Shown here: piece after piece, positions 57,498 through 64,000 of the stretch | How the letters are laid out: each line of letters opens with the position of its first letter | Position numbering within the stretch: position 1 is the stretch's first letter | From: an uncultured delta proteobacterium | GTDB taxonomy: Bacteria; Desulfobacterota; Binatia; UBA9968 | Direction of reading: 5' to 3' | NCBI GenBank assembly: GCA_963771465.1 | Contig: CAVYTU010000017.1 | Coordinates: 64,001 to 128,000, forward strand | Length of the DNA stretch: 64,000 bases | The notes under the pieces: model-generated | Database searches by the model: none | The model's input: only the letters and a program-made list of their open reading frames with translations | What the model was told of the DNA's origin: nothing | Translations under genes and position numbers: made by a program

Positions 57498-58502
57498 TTA
57501 CGATTTGAGATTAAATAATTCCGCCGCAGTTTTGCCGAGTATATTGGTCTTGTCAGTGGCCGAGCAGGGTGCTTGGCGCACCATTTCCAGAGATTCGATT
57601 ATGTTGGCGGCGCTTTTACATTCTAGAGGATAATCACTACCGAACATGATGCGGTCGGCTGTGGTGATATTCAAAGCCGCCGCCATCGACGGCAACCATG
57701 CGCCGGTGCCGGCGGTGTCGAAATAGAGACGTTGGAATAGTTTTTCAAAGCGATCCGTCATGCCGTATTTTTTCTGCTCGTTTTGGGTTTTTAGATAGCC
57801 GCGCATATCGGCTGGAATCGGCGCGTCGTCAGTTTCGAAAAACGCCATCATGCGGCCTTTGAGCGAAGAAGCAGCGCCGCCGAGATGGGGGATGATAAAG
57901 CGCAGCTCAGGATAACGCGGTAAAACCGCGTTCATAATGCGCACGATCGCTTGGGTCGTCTCCAGCGGTCGAAAGACGCAACGGTCGAGACTGTAGGTCG
58001 TCTCCGAGCCGGTCGGCTTTGACTGGGGGTGAAGGATGATGGGCAAAGCGTTCTTTTGAATGATCTCGTAGAGCGGAAACATGATCGGATTGTCCAGTTG
58101 GATGTCGAGATGGCACGCCAGCAGCGCGATCGACCGCAAGCCCAGGTCATGGATACCACGTTCGAGTTCGCGCTTGGCGCTCTCCGGTTCATGAATCGCC
58201 ATGTGAATCGCGCTGCGAAAACGGCTTGGGTGTTTTTTTTCGACCGCTGCGACGCCATCATTGAGTGCTCTCGCAACCTCAGCGCCCATCACCTGAACCT
58301 GGTCGGTAAGGATCGACACCGTGACGCCGGCTTCGTCCATCGCTTTGATATGGGCCTCGAGATCTTTGCGTGAGGGATGAAGCGTCAAACTGATTTCCTT
58401 GGTGACGATGCGTTTGCCGCCGGCCTGGTCGGCCAAACGATCGAACAGTAACGCGGGCATGTAGTGATGGTGTACGTCGACAATCATTTCAGTTGTAGCC
58501 AT
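57498..58502 (-). CDS. Amidohydrolase_2 family protein (ACMSD/decarboxylase-like)
   Basis: DVHHH, ILHP, PHLGG, YFDTA, FGSDYP. Confidence 0.9.
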   Translation of the reverse strand: MATTEMIVDVHHHYMPALLFDRLADQAGGKRIVTKEISLTLHPSRKDLEAHIKAMDEAGVTVSILTDQVQVMGAEVARALNDGVAAVEKKHPSRFRSAIHMAIHEPESAKRELERGIHDLGLRSIALLACHLDIQLDNPIMFPLYEIIQKNALPIILHPQSKPTGSETTYSLDRCVFRPLETTQAIVRIMNAVLPRYPELRFIIPHLGGAASSLKGRMMAFFETDDAPIPADMRGYLKTQNEQKKYGMTDRFEKLFQRLYFDTAGTGAWLPSMAAALNITTADRIMFGSDYPLECKSAANIIESLEMVRQAPCSATDKTNILGKTAAELFNLKS

Positions 58503-58590
58503 GGCTTGTTGCTCCTTGGAATAGACAAATTTAGCAACTTGCAAGGTACGTCACGTCGCAGTGCCGTTCAAGCGAACGCTCACGTATGGC

Positions 58591-59304
58591 TCACGTCGTA
58601 ACGCTTCTCGCGGTTCGCGGCGGTGCCAGGTACGACACGACCATAACCACCAGCGGGACGACGCAGGCGTGCACGAAGAAATCTGCGGGAGTCCATGCGA
58701 AGCTCGCGAAATGCGGTGAAGCACAGGTCGGACAGAGATACATAAGCGGTCCGGCGAAATAAAAGGAATTGTGGACGCCGCCGAAAAGATATCTTTCGGT
58801 CACTAGCGGAATGACGCCGCCCAGTGTGATCGCGCTTGAAATCAGCGAAATATTGTCTAGGTGTTTATTCGAATAGCGAAAAAACAAGGGGGCGAGCAGG
58901 TAGATGTAAGCGGAATAAAATAATAACCCGATGTGAAAAGATTCAAATGGAGTGACGTGAAAAACCGAATGGAGACCAAAGTTTTTGAAAAATTCAACTT
59001 GCCCCGGACGGTCCCAGCGAAAAAATAGTGCCTTTGAGCCAATGTCAATCAACAAGAGAACTAGCAACATGCGCGTATAACGGCGGGATTTCTCCATCGA
59101 AGGTTTACGCCAACGACCGCGTATTTGATAACGCGGAATTTTGGTTAGTAACAACAGTCCGATGAGAATTCCGCTCCAGACCGCGGCGTCGTGGATTGCC
59201 GCGTGCTGTTGCGAGCCGTCATTTGGAATGAGGTCGAGCCACAAGGGGGCGAGCAGCGCGAGCACCAAAGTGGGAGCATAATATCGCTCGAGCAGGGCAG
59301 CCAT
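58591..59304 (-). CDS. Membrane protein distantly resembling signal peptidase II (LspA)
   Basis: DIGSK, GGVIPLVTERYLFGGVHNSF, WTPADFF in LspA motif order; TAATG overlap with the HAD gene. Confidence 0.55.
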   Translation of the reverse strand: MAALLERYYAPTLVLALLAPLWLDLIPNDGSQQHAAIHDAAVWSGILIGLLLLTKIPRYQIRGRWRKPSMEKSRRYTRMLLVLLLIDIGSKALFFRWDRPGQVEFFKNFGLHSVFHVTPFESFHIGLLFYSAYIYLLAPLFFRYSNKHLDNISLISSAITLGGVIPLVTERYLFGGVHNSFYFAGPLMYLCPTCASPHFASFAWTPADFFVHACVVPLVVMVVSYLAPPRTARSVTT

Positions 59305-60005
59305 TACGGACCGATTACCGTTCTCGCTGACGGCGTGCTGCGTGACAAAGCCGTGGGACTGCTCTCGAGACTTCGAATCAACCTGAGCGACACTTCGGCG
59401 AGCGAAGCGCAGACTAACGTCGCCTTGGAAAAATCATGATGGCGGGTTAAGCCGTTGGGCACCGCGATGCAGCGCATGCCCGCCGAATGAGCCGCGATCA
59501 CGCCTTTCTCCGCGTCCTCGAGCACCAGGCATTGTGACGGGGAGACACCGAGATTCTCCGCGGTTTTCAAAAATATGTCAGGTGCGGGTTTGACCCTTGC
59601 GACATCGAGTCCGCTGACGATGGTTTCAAAATAATGCGCGATTTTAAGTCCGGACAAGACGCCGTCGACCGCGTCGCGGTAGGAAGAAGAGGCGAGACCG
59701 ATTCTCAAGTTACCATTCAGCGCTTCAAGCACTTCGAGGGCGCCAGCCATCGGTCGCAACGAGGTTTCGAGCAGCGTGAGGTAATGTTCCGACTTTCGCC
59801 GGCGCAGCGCGTCGGGATCAACGCGCAAGCCGTGGCTCTCGACCCAGTCGACGATCCCGTTGCCATGGCGAATCCAGTGTTCGGCGTAGTCACTTTCGTC
59901 GAGTTCGGCATTTATTTCGGCAAGCGCCCACTGATAAGCGCGGCAGTGCAACTGCTCGGTATCGGCGAGAAGTCCGTCCAGGTCAAAAATTGCCGCGTTG
60001 ATCAT
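59304..60005 (-). CDS. HAD-superfamily phosphatase (CbbY/beta-PGM-like)
   Basis: FDLDGLLADTE, ASSS, KPAPDIF, LEDA..G. Confidence 0.9.
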   Translation of the reverse strand: MINAAIFDLDGLLADTEQLHCRAYQWALAEINAELDESDYAEHWIRHGNGIVDWVESHGLRVDPDALRRRKSEHYLTLLETSLRPMAGALEVLEALNGNLRIGLASSSYRDAVDGVLSGLKIAHYFETIVSGLDVARVKPAPDIFLKTAENLGVSPSQCLVLEDAEKGVIAAHSAGMRCIAVPNGLTRHHDFSKATLVCASLAEVSLRLIRSLESSPTALSRSTPSARTVIGP

Positions 60006-60085
60006 GGTTAGCCAATTGAGCTGAGCCTTTGATGAAGCTTATTTTACTTGACTTCCGATCGATTTTCATCACGCTTCGCATTTAG

Positions 60086-60126
60086 AAAAAACAAAGGGCC
60101 CTAACTCTTGCGAGCCGGGCCCTTTG
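60086..60126 (-). terminator. Rho-independent terminator
   Basis: CAAAGGGCCC...GGGCCCTTTG stem followed by T6 on the minus strand, after the Spy/CpxP-like gene. Confidence 0.7.
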
Positions 60127-60148
60127 GCATCTCGTAATGCTATCAGGA

Positions 60149-60661
60149 TTAGGACTGCTGGCCGCGACGACCGCGAAAGCTCTCGTGTTTGGCCTGCATC
60201 AGGGTTTTAAGCTGGTCCCGTTGCGCCGTGGACAATACCGATCTACCGTTCTCCAGTGCTTCTACACGCAGGTAGCGCAGCTCCGAACGCACTTTCTCGG
60301 CTTCCTGAATCTTGCTCTTGAGCTGAATCAAGTTGGCCGGTGACTGCTGCGTCAAGCCGGCGATTTCCTTTTCAACCGCCCGAACTTGTTGGTGTAGCGG
60401 CGTCACCTGGCTTTGGTAATGACTCTTGATCTTCTCCAGATTTGCGACTTGCTCGTTGGACAAGTTGAGTTCGCTCTTGTGGTTAAGGGCGATGGTAATC
60501 AACGGCGCGCCGCCGGCAAAGCCGCCGCGCATATGGGCGCCTTGGGCGAACGGCCGCCTACCCGGCCCTGCGCCGTCCGGCGCCGCAGCCATCGGTGCCG
60601 ATACCATAGCGACTGTCGCAAAAGCCGCGCTACCCAATATTAAAGCCTTTATTCTGTTCAT
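60149..60661 (-). CDS. Spy/CpxP-like periplasmic helical protein
   Basis: GGAGGG RBS, signal peptide, LNLSNEQ and VLSTAQ LTxxQ-like motifs. Confidence 0.8.
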   Translation of the reverse strand: MNRIKALILGSAAFATVAMVSAPMAAAPDGAGPGRRPFAQGAHMRGGFAGGAPLITIALNHKSELNLSNEQVANLEKIKSHYQSQVTPLHQQVRAVEKEIAGLTQQSPANLIQLKSKIQEAEKVRSELRYLRVEALENGRSVLSTAQRDQLKTLMQAKHESFRGRRGQQS

Positions 60662-60687
60662 ATACCCTCCTTCAGGGTGTGAGATTT

Positions 60688-61550
60688 TCAACGATTAGAC
60701 GACCGTGAGGGGAAAACGTTTACCCAATGTCGACAATCACTCATCAGACTTGGCGCTGGATCGCTTGGCGCGCCGCTTACGAATTTTCCGCTCGGGTCTC
60801 GCGGCGCGCTATCCAAGAGCCGATCAAGCATGCGCTGCGGGTTCACTAGAAAGTCATGGGTCACTTGGTAATGCTCGGTTTGATAATAGTCGATCCGCTC
60901 GATGCCCTGGGTCGAGAGACTGTAAATGGTCGAATTTGGGTAGGCCATCAGGATTGGCGAATGCGTCGCGATGATGAACTGGGAATTGTGTTGAACCAAG
61001 TCGTGAACGCGTGTCAGGACGGAGAGCTGGCGCTGCGGCGAGAGCGAGGCTTCGGGCTCATCGAGTAAGTACAATCCCTCGCCGACGAAGCGGTTGAAAA
61101 GGAGCGCCATAAACGACTCGCCGTGGGATTGTTCGTGCAACGAGCGGCCGCCGTAGTAGTCGATGATTCGGCCGCCGACGCCTTCGGCATCGCGTCTTTC
61201 GATTTCCGTAGCGACGTTGAAATAGCTCTCGGCGCGGAAAAAAAGCTGTCAGACGGCTGGCGCACGCCTTTCACAAGGGTGATAAACCGCTTCAGTTCGG
61301 AATGTGAGGCACGCGTCTCGAAATAGAAGTTTCTCGATCCGCCTTCAGGGTTCAAGCCCCATGCGACGGCGATCGCTTCTAACAACGTCGATTTTTCCGA
61401 ACCGTTCTCGCCGACGATGTAAGTGACGGCGGGGTGCAGTTCGAGGCTGTGCAAATGACGAATTGCCGGAAGGGAAAAGGGATATAATTTGAACGACGGC
61501 ACGACGTCGCGGTTGAGCTGGACCTCGCGGACGTATTGATTGGACATCAT
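60688..61550 (-). pseudogene. Predicted AAA/ABC ATPase (COG3910-like), frameshifted
   Basis: YPFSLP, Walker A GENGSEKST, one base missing at the T7 run (61238-61244); then RAESYF, SHGESF, LLDEPE, IIATHSP. Confidence 0.85.
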
Positions 61551-61708
61551 GGAATATCTTCCGATGCATGACGAAGGCTATTCGAGAGTGCGCTCTACGG
61601 TCAAGCCGATCGGACCTTGTTGACGAAAGAGCGATCGTGTAATACTCCGCGCAATTGAGGAAATATAACCCCATTCGACTCAATCATCGCAAGAAAGGGG
61701 AACCATCC

Positions 61709-62674
61709 ATGGAGAATCCAACCGCAACAGGGAAAGCGGATCGCCCGCATTTTGCGTTTCTCCACCACGTCAGCCTGCCTTGTCGGGATGTCGCGGAGTC
61801 GAAGAAGTTTTATATCGAAGTGTTAGGCGGAAAATTATTTCATGACACGCCCGGTTTCTCTGAAGTGCAGATCGCCGACATCATCATCGGCATGTCGGAA
61901 CAACCCGGCGGTTGGACGGGACACGACGATGAATATCCACATTACGGCGTGAACATCGACGGAGCGAATTTCGCATTGGCGAAACCCTGGCTCGATGGTT
62001 GTGCCGTGCCTAGTTACGCTTGGACGCGCAACTACAAAACCGCACTCTTATATTTTCGCGATCCGTCGGGAAATTTGATCGAACTTTACTGCGACAACGG
62101 TTACGAAGGAATCAAGCAGTTGGCCTTAGGACCGCGCCAAGGCGGTCAGCCGCTTCCTCTTGGCGCTCTCAATTATCGCTGGAGCGGCAAGGTTGGCGAG
62201 TCCGGATTGCCACGGCCGCGAGTAAAAAGTTTCGGTCATCTGAGCATGCCGGTGCGCGACATCAAGCAATCAAAACGATTCTTCGTCGAAGTGATGGGTG
62301 GTGAGCCGATGACGACGAGCGATCCGGAGACATTCACCGAGGTTCGCGTTGCCGGAGCGGTCGTCGGGCTGTCGACGCGCGGCGGCGTCTGGACCGGCCG
62401 CGATGCCGAGTATCCACATTACGCTTTTTTTGCTGATGCGGAAAGCTTTCTGCCGATGATCGACTGGTTAAAGGCGAATGGTGTGGTTACGCCGGGACCG
62501 TGGACGCGCGACGGCAAGAAAGGATTGATGTACTTCCGCGATCCGTCCGGCAATCTGTTCGAGATATACTGCGGCAAGGATATTCCCCAAGCGGCGAACT
62601 TTGCGCGCGGGGCGAAACAGGGCGGCTCTTACGTGACTGACTATGCCGGCTTGTTTTATGAATGGAACGGTTAA
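61709..62674 (+). CDS. Tandem double-VOC protein
   Basis: Two similar halves, each with H.S.P..D...SK.F, EYPHY and YFRDPSGNL.E.YC. Confidence 0.85.
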   Translation: MENPTATGKADRPHFAFLHHVSLPCRDVAESKKFYIEVLGGKLFHDTPGFSEVQIADIIIGMSEQPGGWTGHDDEYPHYGVNIDGANFALAKPWLDGCAVPSYAWTRNYKTALLYFRDPSGNLIELYCDNGYEGIKQLALGPRQGGQPLPLGALNYRWSGKVGESGLPRPRVKSFGHLSMPVRDIKQSKRFFVEVMGGEPMTTSDPETFTEVRVAGAVVGLSTRGGVWTGRDAEYPHYAFFADAESFLPMIDWLKANGVVTPGPWTRDGKKGLMYFRDPSGNLFEIYCGKDIPQAANFARGAKQGGSYVTDYAGLFYEWNG

Positions 62675-62752
62675 GCGCTATCGTTGGCAGTTGCCGGAGC
62701 ACGTGTGGACCACCTATTCGACTTTCGGTTTCTCGGCAAATTGCGATAGAGC

Positions 62753-63031
62753 TCAGAGCGGAACGACTTTCGGCATGAGTTTTAGAGGAGTTTGGGTCAA
62801 CCACCGCCGACGCCGTCGACGCGGCGGTAGTTTGAATTTCGCACCGCCTTCGATTACCACCAGACCTCTGGCGATCCGAACTCGGTATTTGCCCCTGAGC
62901 TGGAGCCATAATCGGTATAACATGAGCGATTGCTCCGGGCGCGAGTCGCTGTCGTGATAGGAGCCTAGTATGTTTTCCAACAGATCGACCAGTGCTTCGG
63001 CGTTGTATGTGGCTGAATAGATCGGCTTCAT
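62753..63031 (-). CDS. Small basic hypothetical protein
   Basis: ATG start with AGGA RBS; fills an otherwise empty gap; poly-Arg stretch. Confidence 0.45.
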   Translation of the reverse strand: MKPIYSATYNAEALVDLLENILGSYHDSDSRPEQSLMLYRLWLQLRGKYRVRIARGLVVIEGGAKFKLPPRRRRRRWLTQTPLKLMPKVVPL

Positions 63032-63475
63032 GGCAAAGTCCTAGCGCAAAAGTCGTGCAACCGGTTAAGTGGCTGTTCTTTCTGCGACGGTCGAACTATC
63101 CGCCTGACAAAATGCGGCATTCTTAGTGACCGAGAACCGTTTCAGTGGGATTTAACGTCAACGAATTGCGCTCTACAGGCTGCACAACTTTGCGACAAGG
63201 TAAACGTTTTTGTCGAATTGGCTGACTGGTCATGTTGGCGGGCTTTTCGCCAAGGGGACGCCGGACAGAGTAAGTTTCTTGAAACTGATTGGATTGCCGT
63301 TTTCGACCAAGCGTTACAACGTTATTGCTTCCCTTTTCTCAGACGGGAGCTGTGATTCGATAGCAATCCTACCGCGATGAAATGGCATCGAGACCCGCCA
63401 CGCTAGATTGATGGAGGCTTACAAGCGACGCCATCCCGCAATATGAATTTAAAAAGTACCACGGAGGAACAGACG

Positions 63476-63937
63476 ATGGAGATTGAAAATAAACTCAGAG
63501 CGCTCGGTTACGAACTGCCCAATCCGCCGGCACCGGCGGCGAACTATATTGGCTATGTGCAGGTCGGTAATGTCCTCTATATCGGCGGCAACATCGGCCG
63601 GATCAACGGTGTGATCAAATACCGCGGTAAAGTCGGCGCTGAAATCAGCCTCGAACAGGCATACGATGCAGCGCGCAATTGCGCGCTCAATCACCTGGCG
63701 ATCATGAAAGCGGCACTCGGCGACCTGGATAAAGTCGAGCGCATCGTCAAAGTGCTTTCCTACATCAACGTTGCATCGGGATTCACGGAGTTGCCGAAGG
63801 TGGCGAACGGCGAGTCGGATTTGCTCGTGCAGTTATTCGGCGAGCGCGGCCGGCACACTCGCGCCGCCATCGGTGTAGCGTCGCTCAGCCAAGACGCGCC
63901 GGTGGAAAACGAAGTGACCGTGCAGGTAAAAGAATGA
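63476..63937 (+). CDS. RidA/YjgF-like family protein
   Basis: GGAGG RBS, P.PAANY, GKVG, NG.SDL...LFG..G.H.RAAIGV.SL..DAPVE. Confidence 0.88.
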   Translation: MEIENKLRALGYELPNPPAPAANYIGYVQVGNVLYIGGNIGRINGVIKYRGKVGAEISLEQAYDAARNCALNHLAIMKAALGDLDKVERIVKVLSYINVASGFTELPKVANGESDLLVQLFGERGRHTRAAIGVASLSQDAPVENEVTVQVKE

Positions 63938-64000
63938 AACAGACCGAGATCGGTGTGTGATGAGCGACAAAATTTGGCCGATGGAGACACTACCCGTCAG

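Noticed and set aside
1-64000. CRISPR array, tRNA/rRNA, prophage, IS or defence island
   Set aside because: No repeat-spacer periodicity, no recognisable structural RNA, and no integrase, transposase, Cas or phage motifs in any ORF.

Overview
GC-rich bacterial chromosomal segment of about 55 genes, mostly catabolic and envelope functions. I saw no rRNA, tRNA, CRISPR array, integrase or transposase. The gene mix (many orphan solute-binding proteins, amidohydrolases, VOC proteins, TPP enzyme, CaiB/MaoC/CitE) and the intergenic repeats suggest an uncultured soil or sediment deltaproteobacterium-like lineage such as Ca. Binatia; this is inference only. The best candidate for an undescribed system is a translationally coupled pair at 11745-15184: a BamD-like TPR lipoprotein plus an 837-aa exported protein with a twice-repeated hydrophobic-hairpin/TPR module and a C-terminal amphipathic beta-strand block. 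Other highlights are a divergent signal-peptidase-II-like membrane protein with a CxxC insert, a signal-less TAXI-fold protein, metallohydrolase folds with substituted metal ligands, a 150-bp paralogous M20 gene remnant, three frameshifted genes, a C5-dicarboxylate-type CoA cluster and several REP-like repeat families. All calls come from reading motifs by eye. Several start codons were moved downstream of the ORF-track starts using RBS and signal-peptide logic.
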